Under the pieces are notes generated by a model. The model was not told where the DNA came from, searched no databases, and saw only the letters and a list, made by a program, of their open reading frames with translations. Below, in pieces: positions 48,386-56,639 of a stretch of 64,000 nucleotides of DNA. The DNA lies in IMG/VR virus record IMGVR_UViG_3300025691_000004. One strand, written 5' to 3'. How positions within the stretch are numbered: the stretch's first letter is position 1; each line of letters begins with the position of its first letter. The stretch is from an uncultured virus (IMG/VR IMGVR_UViG_3300025691_000004) (Duplodnaviria > Heunggongvirae > Uroviricota > Caudoviricetes). The position numbers and the translations under genes are program-made.

Positions 48386-49248
48386 GCACCGAAGTCCTTG
48401 GTTCCCTGACCTTCATCGACAACCCTACTGCAGGTGGTATTCAGCTCGTGCTGAACAGCAACGGTGTGCCATCGCTGTACGCCGATGTCACGGCAAACCG
48501 TCCTGCCGCCGGGACAACCGGTCGCCTGTTCGTTGACACGACCTCAAACATCATCCAGCGCGACAACGGTGCTAGCTGGGACACGCTGTCGAACGTCATT
48601 ACGTACACCGGCACCGCCAATCAGATCGATGTCGCTGGTGGTGTTATCTCGATTTCGTCAGACCTGATCCTGCCTGGCACCAGCCGCGTTCGCCTGCCGT
48701 CTGGAACAACCGCCCAGCGCCCAGCATCACCAGGTGCCGGCGACATGCGCTTCAACAGCACGCTCGGCTACGCCGAAAAGTACACTGGCTCGTACTGGGG
48801 TCCGCTCGGTCTCGTGCTGCAGCAGGTGACCGGCACGATTGCAGCTTCATCAGGCACTGGCACAATCCCGTACGACAACACCACACCGATGTCGACTGAG
48901 GGCTACCAGATCTGGACGCAGTCGTTCACGCCGCTGTCAGCAACCTCACGAATTCTGATCCAGTTCACCATCACTGCTGCTTCATCCAGCACGGCAAGCA
49001 TTCTTACCTGTGCGGTGTTTAGCGGGTCCACCATCATCAGTGCCTCATCCAACCGCGCAGCCCCGACTGCTGGTCAGCCAATCAACGTGTCAATGACGGC
49101 ACTTTGGGTTCCAGGCTCCACTGCAACCACTACTCTTTCAGCGCGACTTGGACCAAGCAATGGCGCAACTGCGTACTGCAACCAGGGTTCTGGTGCAACG
49201 CTTGGTGGTGCCTACGTATCATCATACGTCATCACGGAGATTGAGTAA
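48382..49248 (+). CDS. fibre-associated structural protein
   Basis: LPSGTTAQRP...GDMRFNST motif common in fibre proteins. Confidence 0.7.
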   Translation: MSTEVLGSLTFIDNPTAGGIQLVLNSNGVPSLYADVTANRPAAGTTGRLFVDTTSNIIQRDNGASWDTLSNVITYTGTANQIDVAGGVISISSDLILPGTSRVRLPSGTTAQRPASPGAGDMRFNSTLGYAEKYTGSYWGPLGLVLQQVTGTIAASSGTGTIPYDNTTPMSTEGYQIWTQSFTPLSATSRILIQFTITAASSSTASILTCAVFSGSTIISASSNRAAPTAGQPINVSMTALWVPGSTATTTLSARLGPSNGATAYCNQGSGATLGGAYVSSYVITEIE

Positions 49249-49787
49249 TGGCGCTGATCACTAAGCCTGTCATTCGCGCGGCTTCATACCTTGATGCCCT
49301 GACTGCTGATTTTCCAGATGTCAGGGCATATGCCGTCGGTGATGGCACGGATTACGAGTACCTTCGCCTAGAAGAAGGGTCGGCACCGCTGCCTGACAAA
49401 GCCACGCTCGATGAGCGCAAGGACTACTGGACGCGCGTGAACGTATGGAACGCCATCAAGGCCGAGCGCGATGCACGCCAGGCCAATGGCGTGCTTGTTG
49501 GTACCCACTGGCTGCATTCCGATGTCAGCTCACGCGTTCAGCAGCTCGCGCTGGTGATGTTTGGTGCCTCCCTGCCACCAATCCAATGGAAGTGTCTTGG
49601 CGGTGAATTCGTTACGATGACACCGACTTTGGCTCAGCAGATCTTCCAAGCTTCAGCTGCATCTGATATCGCGATCTTTACCGTAGCAGAACAACACAAA
49701 GTAGCCATGATGGCATCCTCTTCTCCGCTGACCTACGACTTTTCTGGAGGTTGGCCGCCCACCTACACTGGAAGTCTGCTGCTATGA
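49248..49787 (+). CDS. tail-fibre assembly-like protein (DUF4376-like)
   Basis: IKAERDAR, HSDVSSRVQ, QWK, YDFSGGWP. Confidence 0.65.
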   Translation: MALITKPVIRAASYLDALTADFPDVRAYAVGDGTDYEYLRLEEGSAPLPDKATLDERKDYWTRVNVWNAIKAERDARQANGVLVGTHWLHSDVSSRVQQLALVMFGASLPPIQWKCLGGEFVTMTPTLAQQIFQASAASDIAIFTVAEQHKVAMMASSSPLTYDFSGGWPPTYTGSLLL

Positions 49788-50413
49788 ACTACACCCTTCT
49801 CCAAAAGATCCAAATCTTCTTCATCAAGCTGATGGCTAAGGTGAGGTGGAAGCAGGATGAGCTGCTGTCTGAGGACGACCTGGCCTACCTGCGCCAGCAG
49901 TTCACCGACAACTACTTCATCATCGCCTCACGCCGCTCCAACTACCTGTCTACGTTCTTCATTGGCCTTGGCCACTGGTTCCTGACGGGTCGCTGGGGCT
50001 ACTACACGCACGTGCTGATGAACCTTGAAGATGAAGTCAAGACGGATGACGACTTTCGCTTCATTGAGGCAACGGGCACCGGCACCCACTATGACGACCT
50101 CAGGGGCATCACCCACGACGTCGATGCCATCGCCCTGCTGAAGCCAACGTCGATGACCGTTGAGGAATGGACCGCCTGCCTGGACAAGGCCAAGAACTAC
50201 CTCGGCGTTCCGTACGACAACCTCTTCAACCTGAAGAACACGCTCGAGGTCAACTGCGTGGAACTGGTTCGTCTCGCCCTGCAGGCGCTGCCGGACTACG
50301 ACACCCGCTTCGCCTCGTTCGAGGCGATGATCCAGCGCCGCCACGGCAAGCTCACGCCGCAGATGTTCCTCGAGTGTGAGGACTTCCACGTGGTGTGGGA
50401 AGTTCGCAAGTAA
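49784..50413 (+). CDS. permuted papain-like NlpC/P60 (YiiX/YebB-like) enzyme
   Basis: His before Cys: YTHV...IEAT...LGVPYD...NCVELV. Confidence 0.75.
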   Translation: MNYTLLQKIQIFFIKLMAKVRWKQDELLSEDDLAYLRQQFTDNYFIIASRRSNYLSTFFIGLGHWFLTGRWGYYTHVLMNLEDEVKTDDDFRFIEATGTGTHYDDLRGITHDVDAIALLKPTSMTVEEWTACLDKAKNYLGVPYDNLFNLKNTLEVNCVELVRLALQALPDYDTRFASFEAMIQRRHGKLTPQMFLECEDFHVVWEVRK

Positions 50414-50416
50414 GCC

Positions 50417-50809
50417 ATGTCCATCAACTTCTGCACGCTCACCAACTCCAGCGTTGACACGTTCTGCGGCAACCGCCGCAGCATTGTGCTCAATGGCCTG
50501 CTGCAGAAGAAGTACCCACCACCAGTTCAGGGCGGTGGCCGCCGCGTTCTGCGTGACACGTTTGCCGAGCAGCGCCCTGACCTGATCGTACGTGAGGAGG
50601 ACCGGCCGCAGCTGGTCTTCGAGCAGCCGTTCATCACCGTCGAGGTGTCCATGAACGGCATCACCATGGCCCAGACGCTGGACGCACAGCAGCGCCTCGA
50701 CTTCGTCACCGTCACCGACCTCAAGGTCAACCCGGTTACCGCCAGCCCTGTGGATGAGGCGCTCGAGGTGGCTGTAAATATCGCTGACATCAGCATTCGG
50801 AAGCTATGA
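50417..50809 (+). CDS. hypothetical protein
   Basis: ORF in late cluster. Confidence 0.6.
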   Translation: MSINFCTLTNSSVDTFCGNRRSIVLNGLLQKKYPPPVQGGGRRVLRDTFAEQRPDLIVREEDRPQLVFEQPFITVEVSMNGITMAQTLDAQQRLDFVTVTDLKVNPVTASPVDEALEVAVNIADISIRKL

Positions 50810-51462
50810 ACCTCACCATCGGCCAGCACGCGGAGATCAGCTTCGCAGTCAACGTGATGGGCACGTCAGCCGACCCCACGGCACGCGTCATCCTTGAAAC
50901 GAAGCCAGAGCTCTGCTTCCACGCCACGCGCGTGGGTGACCGCTGGGCCGCGCTTGTCGACCTCGGCGACAGCGTCAAGCCTGGATCGTACGGCCTGCGC
51001 GTTGAGGTGGTGCTCAACAACCGCCTCTTCACTCCGTTCAAGCACCTCGTTGAAGTCGAGGGTGCCCAGGTTGAGGTGCAGCCCGAGCTGCCACCAGTTG
51101 AGGTGGTTGAACCAGTGCCTGAGCAGGTCGAACAGGCCGAGCCACCGAAGGAGACGCCGAAGGTCAAGCTCGACCTCAAGTCCATCTTTGGCCTCACCAC
51201 GCCAAAGAAGGTGGAGCCCGTCATCGAGGCACCGGTCGCCGAGCAGCCCACCCCACCCAAGAAGGTTACCCTCCCTGCCGACTTCTTCAAGTTCACGCCG
51301 AAGCCAGTTGAGAAGGTAGAGGTCAAGCTGCCGACCCTCGATGAAACGCTCAGCAAGGTGCAGAGCGGCATCGCCAAGGCCGGCTCCAAGCCTCTCCAGA
51401 AGATCAAGCTGGGCGAGGCCACCCTCGTGACCCTCGTCCGCGGTGAAGTTATCTACGAGTGA
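50806..51462 (+). CDS. hypothetical protein, Pro/Glu/Lys-rich
   Basis: TAAATA at 50775; coupled ORF. Confidence 0.65.
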   Translation: MNLTIGQHAEISFAVNVMGTSADPTARVILETKPELCFHATRVGDRWAALVDLGDSVKPGSYGLRVEVVLNNRLFTPFKHLVEVEGAQVEVQPELPPVEVVEPVPEQVEQAEPPKETPKVKLDLKSIFGLTTPKKVEPVIEAPVAEQPTPPKKVTLPADFFKFTPKPVEKVEVKLPTLDETLSKVQSGIAKAGSKPLQKIKLGEATLVTLVRGEVIYE

Positions 51463-51469
51463 GACCCAC

Positions 51470-51619
51470 ATGAAGATCTACAGCGACAACGCCATCTCCA
51501 AGACCGACCTGGACGTCATCGACGCCAAGCAGGACCGCCAGATCAAGCAGCTCCGTTGGCAGCTGGTTGCCGTCTGCGTCTTCAACGCCCTCCTGGCAGT
51601 CGCCCTGCGGTTTCTGTAA
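51470..51619 (+). CDS. small membrane-anchored protein
   Basis: Manual translation MKIYSDNAISKTDLDVIDAKQDRQIKQLRWQLVAVCVFNALLAVALRFL. Confidence 0.55.
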   Translation: MKIYSDNAISKTDLDVIDAKQDRQIKQLRWQLVAVCVFNALLAVALRFL

Positions 51620-51664
51620 CGGTTACAACCTAGCTGTGTTCTAACCTGGTCCGTGGTGTATAAT
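51615..51664 (+). promoter_or_regulatory. TGTAAC/GTTACA element plus early promoter GTGTTC-N17-TATAAT
   Basis: Same architecture as the elements at 24692, 60271 and 60897. Confidence 0.7.
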
Positions 51665-51670
51665 GGCACC

Positions 51671-51901
51671 ATGGACGCAAACACCACCTCCAAGGCCCTC
51701 AGCCTGGTCATCCAGCAGCTGAACACCCTCTGCGCCATCAAGGCGCAGCACATCGACTTCCTGATGGGTCCGGTCATGAATGCGGCTCGCTCCGCTGGTG
51801 AACGCTCCGTCACGGCGAACATGATCGAGAACAACAGGGCGGAAATTCTCAAGCTGCGCGACATCACCGACGCCCTGCGCATCATCAAGGAAGCCCAATG
51901 A
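51671..51901 (+). CDS. hypothetical early protein
   Basis: ATG 51671 after the promoter. Confidence 0.6.
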   Translation: MDANTTSKALSLVIQQLNTLCAIKAQHIDFLMGPVMNAARSAGERSVTANMIENNRAEILKLRDITDALRIIKEAQ

Positions 51902-53028
51902 CCTTCGCAACCATCGCCCACCTGGACGACCTGCTGCCGCACGTCCGCGACAACGTCCAGATCCGCGTGAAGACCGAGCCGAACGGCATGACGGTCGTCT
52001 GCTACATGATCCAGGACGAGGACACGTTCGATGGCCTGAACCAGGGTCACGAGCGCGAGTGCCGCGGCATCACGTTCCGTCAGGACGGCAAGATCGCTGC
52101 CCGCACGCTGCACAAGTTCTTCAACATCGGCGAGCGCGAGGACACGCAGCCGCACGCGATCCAGTGGTCGCAGGTGGTTCGCATCATGGACAAGCGTGAC
52201 GGCTCGATGGTCACGCCGGTGTTCGTGAACGGCAAGCTCACCTTCAAGACGAAGAAGTCCTTCGAGACGAAGGAGGCCGCCCTCGCCTACGACATCTGCC
52301 TGAAGACGAAGGACGGCGTGGCGTTCTGCCTGAAGATGGCGGAGCTCGGCCTGACGCCGACGTTCGAGGTCACCTCGCCGCGGTTCCCGATCGTGCTCAA
52401 GTACGACAAGGACGAGCTCACGCTGCTGCACGTTCGCGAGAACGAGAGCGGTCGCTACCTGACGGAGGAGGAGCTGTACGACCTCGGTTCGCCGTTCCCG
52501 ATCGTCGAGAACCTCATCGAGCAGTTCTACGGTGATGGCCTGCCGGCCAAGCTGGTGTCGTTCGAGAAGCTGAAGGCCGCCGCCGAGACCCGCGAGGGCA
52601 TCGAGGGCTGGATCATCCAGACGGCCGACGGCGAGATGTACAAGCTGAAGACGAAGTGGTACGTCGACCTGCACCACAGCGTGACGTTCACGCGCTGGCG
52701 CGACATCGCTCGCACAGTGTGCGAGGACAAGGCTGACGACCTGAAGGGCGCGTTCGCGCTGACGGGCCGCTCGATCGAGCCGATCCTGAAGGTCGAGCGT
52801 CAGATCAAGGCACGGCTGGACAGCGTGAAGCGGTTGGTGGCGACTGCCGTCGAGTACGGCGTCAAGAGCAACTTCGACGCAAAGGCAATGGCTCTGAAGT
52901 TCAAGGAGCACAACCTGTTCGGTCTGATCATGACGCTGTTCCGTGGCAAGGAGCCGGACTACATGGCGTGGTACGTCAAGAATCACCTCGAGAAGGACTT
53001 CGGTCTCGAGGTCGTGGAGGTGAACTGA
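51898..53028 (+). CDS. RNA ligase 1 (T4 RnlA-like)
   Basis: ECRGITF, KFFNIGE, KRDGS, TFEVTSP, EGIEGWII, KLKT. Confidence 0.9.
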   Translation: MTFATIAHLDDLLPHVRDNVQIRVKTEPNGMTVVCYMIQDEDTFDGLNQGHERECRGITFRQDGKIAARTLHKFFNIGEREDTQPHAIQWSQVVRIMDKRDGSMVTPVFVNGKLTFKTKKSFETKEAALAYDICLKTKDGVAFCLKMAELGLTPTFEVTSPRFPIVLKYDKDELTLLHVRENESGRYLTEEELYDLGSPFPIVENLIEQFYGDGLPAKLVSFEKLKAAAETREGIEGWIIQTADGEMYKLKTKWYVDLHHSVTFTRWRDIARTVCEDKADDLKGAFALTGRSIEPILKVERQIKARLDSVKRLVATAVEYGVKSNFDAKAMALKFKEHNLFGLIMTLFRGKEPDYMAWYVKNHLEKDFGLEVVEVN

Positions 53029-53285
53029 TGGACTACGTGCTGAAGATCGTCAAGCTGGGGTTCTCCGACTTCTCTGGGAACTTCAGCTGGATGAACACGT
53101 CACTGACGCTGATCGCCCTTGGCTGCTTCGGGCTGATCCTCTACGTCTTCGGTCGCGTCATCTACGACGCGGTGACCGGCAAGAGCAACGATGAGGGGCT
53201 CAGCACGACCTCCCAGATCGCGCTGCAGGCATCCATCACGAACATGCAGACAACTGTCCGCATCGCGCAGACGATCATCCGATGA
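53028..53285 (+). CDS. small membrane protein
   Basis: One TM segment. Confidence 0.55.
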   Translation: MDYVLKIVKLGFSDFSGNFSWMNTSLTLIALGCFGLILYVFGRVIYDAVTGKSNDEGLSTTSQIALQASITNMQTTVRIAQTIIR

Positions 53286-53635
53286 TGCACATCATCGACC
53301 AGAAGTACGAGGAGAAGCGCACCCTCTGGCAGATCTTCGAGGAGGACGGCCCTGAGGCTGCGCTTGAGCGCGCCTTCCAGATCGCCGAGAGCTCAGGCTC
53401 CCTGAGCGCCTGGCCTGACAAGGGTCGGCTCTTCATGTGGACGTCCATGATGGGCAACCACGGCCTGTACGGCTACGGCAGCTTCAAGTACGTCACGCGC
53501 GCCGACCTCGTTGGACGCAAGTACGAGGTTCAGCTGAGCGACGGCGGCTGCGGCCTTGCCATCTTCTGGACCGACGTCGTGCACGATCCCAAGGCCTACA
53601 AAGCCGTGCCAAAGCCCGCACAAGATTTCACCTGA
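53282..53635 (+). CDS. hypothetical protein
   Basis: Coupled ORF. Confidence 0.6.
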   Translation: MMHIIDQKYEEKRTLWQIFEEDGPEAALERAFQIAESSGSLSAWPDKGRLFMWTSMMGNHGLYGYGSFKYVTRADLVGRKYEVQLSDGGCGLAIFWTDVVHDPKAYKAVPKPAQDFT

Positions 53636-53710
53636 TGAAATCTGCGTAATCTGGCCCGCAGTCCGTGCCTCCGTAAATACTCGGACGGCAGAAAACTGCC
53701 GGAGCAACAG

Positions 53711-54343
53711 ATGCAGCGCAAAGCGGAAGATCAGACCCCAAGCGAGAACCCCTACGACAACTTCTCGCTGGAGGCTCTGGGTGTTCACCAGTTCTTTGGC
53801 GAGGTAGATGAAGACAAGGCGCGAGACGCCTGTGAGTTCATCCTCAAGTCAAACCTGGTGTCGAAGAACCTGTCAACCCTGACGCTGGTTCTCAACACCG
53901 TCGGTGGCGAGTGCGGTGAGGGCTTTGCCGTCATCGACGTGATGGATACGTCCCGCATCCCAGTTGCGACCGTCGGTATCGGTAACATCATGTCGATGGG
54001 TGTCCTGCTTCTCTCAGCAGGGCAGAAGGGCTACCGCACCATCACGAAGAACACCGAGGTGATGGCGCACCAGTTCGCTGGCTACTTTGCCGGCAAGCAG
54101 CACGAGCTTCTTGCAACGCAGGCCTCCTACAAGATGCTGGAAGAGAAGTTCTTCAAGCACTTCCTGCGGCACAGCAAGATGTCTGAGAAGCAGATCCGCG
54201 ACGTGCTGTTCTCACCATCCGACCGCTACCTGACACCCACTGAGTGCGTGCGCTACGGCCTGGTGGACCGAGTGGTTGACTACGCTCAGTTCCAGCCGGC
54301 ACCTCTGAAATCCGTCAAGCGCCGGAGTTCCGCAGCGCGATAA
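53711..54343 (+). CDS. clpP: ClpP-like protease subunit
   Basis: LNTVGG, IMSMG (Ser), MAHQ (His), DRYLTPTECVRYGLVD; late promoter at 53674. Confidence 0.85.
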   Translation: MQRKAEDQTPSENPYDNFSLEALGVHQFFGEVDEDKARDACEFILKSNLVSKNLSTLTLVLNTVGGECGEGFAVIDVMDTSRIPVATVGIGNIMSMGVLLLSAGQKGYRTITKNTEVMAHQFAGYFAGKQHELLATQASYKMLEEKFFKHFLRHSKMSEKQIRDVLFSPSDRYLTPTECVRYGLVDRVVDYAQFQPAPLKSVKRRSSAAR

Positions 54344-54557
54344 GCGCCTGCACCTTCTGCAGGCCCTCGTTCAGGCGGGCCTGGATGACCGGGTTCTGGC
54401 GAAATGCGAACAGCTTGTCGTACAGCTGGTTCTGCACGTCGATCAGCTGGTTCACCGACAGGTTGTCCCATGTCTCGGCAGGCGGGATTGGCTTGGTGCC
54501 TTCATCAACGAAGTACTCGCCGTCAGGACGACCGTGGTATTCTCGAGCTGTGGTCAT
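54315..54557 (-). CDS. hypothetical protein
   Basis: AAGGAGG RBS before ATG 54557. Confidence 0.6.
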   Translation of the reverse strand: MTTAREYHGRPDGEYFVDEGTKPIPPAETWDNLSVNQLIDVQNQLYDKLFAFRQNPVIQARLNEGLQKVQALIALRNSGA

Positions 54558-54627
54558 GTCAACCTCCTTCTTGTATCTATCCACCTCCGGGCGTAAATAC
54601 AATCGAACCAAGACAAGGAACTCCACC

Positions 54628-54996
54628 ATGAAGCTCCACCAGCAGATCGCAACCTTCGAAGGCCAGGGACCGGTGCCGGTCAAGCTGACCCTCAATGAGA
54701 TCATCCGCGCTGGCAAGGTCACGAACCCGTATCAGACCTTCGTGCTGGGCTGGCTGTCTGAGTTCTTCAAGAATGGCCTCAAGTCGGCTGACCTCGAGCT
54801 CGAAACGCCGATCACCTTTGAGAGCCGCGCCACCACAACTGAGCTCGTCAGCGAGCTCAAGGCCATGTCCCCGGCCGACCACGTCGCCCTCGCCCAGTAC
54901 CTCATCGACTGCATCGATGCTGGTGAAAGCGCGCTGCACGATCAGCACATGAAGATCGGCGACTGGATCAAGTTCGTACTGCGCAAGCAGGACTAA
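54628..54996 (+). CDS. hypothetical late protein
   Basis: TAAATA at 54594; AAGGA RBS. Confidence 0.65.
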   Translation: MKLHQQIATFEGQGPVPVKLTLNEIIRAGKVTNPYQTFVLGWLSEFFKNGLKSADLELETPITFESRATTTELVSELKAMSPADHVALAQYLIDCIDAGESALHDQHMKIGDWIKFVLRKQD

Positions 54997-55173
54997 GTTC
55001 GCGGTGAACAGCTTTGATGCTGCCACCATGATCAACCAAGGGCCTACTTCCTACACATCGGCTGAGCAAGGCCAACGCGCCCCTCAGAGCACCTACCTTC
55101 GCCCCTCTGGTTGCTTTCGCACCACGGCACCGTCCGTGGATGTTCTCTACCATGCTCCTGTAGGAGGAAACGC

Positions 55174-55944
55174 ATGGCAAGAAGGCTCGCTAACAAGCAG
55201 AAGTACCCACAACCACTGAATGATGAAGGAGCAACTAAGGTCATTCGACTGAAGAACGCACCACAACCGAAGACAGAAAGCCAGCGCTACTACATGGACG
55301 CGCTGGAGACCGCACGCATCACCGTTGGAACCGGCCCTGCCGGCGGCGGTAAGTCCTTTCTCGCGATGGCAGTCGCCGTCCAGAAGCTCCTCAATCAGGA
55401 GGTGAACAAGGTCATCATCACGCGACCCGTAGTGGAAGCTGGTGAAAGCCTTGGCTTCCTACCTGGCACCCTTGAGGACAAGATCTCCCCCTACCTTCTC
55501 CCGCTGCTCGATGCCCTGACGGACCTCGTTGGTCCCACCATGGCAAAGAAGCTGCTCGACGATGGCCGCATCGAGTTCGCTCCGCTGGCCTTCATGCGGG
55601 GTCGCACGTTCAAGTACAGCTACGTCATTCTTGACGAAGCCCAGAACACGACCCCCGAGCAGATGAAGCTGTTCCTCACCCGCATCGGTGAGGGCACGCA
55701 GATGGCGGTCAACGGCGACCCGCTGCAGAGCGATCTGCGCGGCCTGCCTGAGAATGGGTTGGAGCTCGCAACGAGGAAGCTTCGCGGCGTGGATCCAGAC
55801 ATCATCGTCTGTGAGTTCTACAACCGTGACATCGTGCGCGATCCGATCGTCGGAACCGTTCTCCAGTTTCTCGAGTCACCTGATGCCCGTCCGAGCCGCC
55901 CATCGAGCGGCCGGTCTGAGGTGTCGCTTCTTAACCGAGCCTAA
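55174..55944 (+). CDS. phoH: PhoH-like ATPase
   Basis: GPAGGGKS, RPVVEAGESLGFLPG, FMRGRTF, ILDEAQN, GDPLQSD; AGGAGG RBS. Confidence 0.93.
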   Translation: MARRLANKQKYPQPLNDEGATKVIRLKNAPQPKTESQRYYMDALETARITVGTGPAGGGKSFLAMAVAVQKLLNQEVNKVIITRPVVEAGESLGFLPGTLEDKISPYLLPLLDALTDLVGPTMAKKLLDDGRIEFAPLAFMRGRTFKYSYVILDEAQNTTPEQMKLFLTRIGEGTQMAVNGDPLQSDLRGLPENGLELATRKLRGVDPDIIVCEFYNRDIVRDPIVGTVLQFLESPDARPSRPSSGRSEVSLLNRA

Positions 55945-55967
55945 AGAGGAGGGCACTGCAGCCACTC

Positions 55968-55995
55968 AAGGGGACCCACGTGGGTCCCCTTTTTC
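55968..55995. terminator. intrinsic terminator between convergent genes
   Basis: Perfect palindrome AAGGGGACCCACGTGGGTCCCCTT plus T-run. Confidence 0.8.
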
Positions 55996-56587
55996 ATAGG
56001 CGCCTGAAGGATGGGTGCCGTGTGATACGATGGCGAGGTAGAGAAGTTGCAATCTCTGCATCCTTGATGCACGCATACTCAATGCCTTGAAACACGCAGC
56101 GCTTTGCAGCAGGGTTACTGCTACCGGCATGCTGCTGGGACATCTTGGCTCTCGAAGATGGTGTATGAGGAGAACCAGGTTTCCCCTTGCGTAGGGCTGA
56201 AAGCCGTGCTCTGTGTTCAGGCGAGATAGTTTTCCCACGATGCTGATCTGACGTTGCCTTTGCCTTTAGCTCTCGGGCTATAGCAAATGTCTTTGCAGAA
56301 GGTATGTAGCGACTCGCGTTGTGGAGTTTTGAATGAACACACATTTTCCAAAGGCCATGACACATCTTTGCTTTGGCTTCACCCGTCGTCATGCGCACAA
56401 GCAACAGATGTGCGATAAAGTGTTCCTTTGCAGTTAGAACAACGATATCCTTCTTGTCACCTCCTAGTGCTAGAGGAATGAAGTGATGCTTCTCTACGTA
56501 GCCCTTCGGTTTCTCGCGAGTTCGAGCCCTCTCAATGATGGTAGTGTACCATCTCGCGTACTTGTTCTGGATAAATACGGCGTGCAT
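55994..56587 (-). mobile_element. free-standing HNH homing endonuclease (NUMOD3-type)
   Basis: NKYARWY, EKHHFIP..LGG, LTAKEHFIAHLLL, HTPSSRAKMS; AT-richer than flanks. Confidence 0.85.
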
Positions 56588-56639
56588 CTTGGTAGTCGGG
56601 ATGAGTGCACGCTTATTTACTTCACCGACGGAGAACACT

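Noticed and set aside
54997..55173. ORF or ncRNA in the gap before phoH
   Set aside because: The ORF 55004-55219 lacks an RBS and codon bias; no convincing structure found
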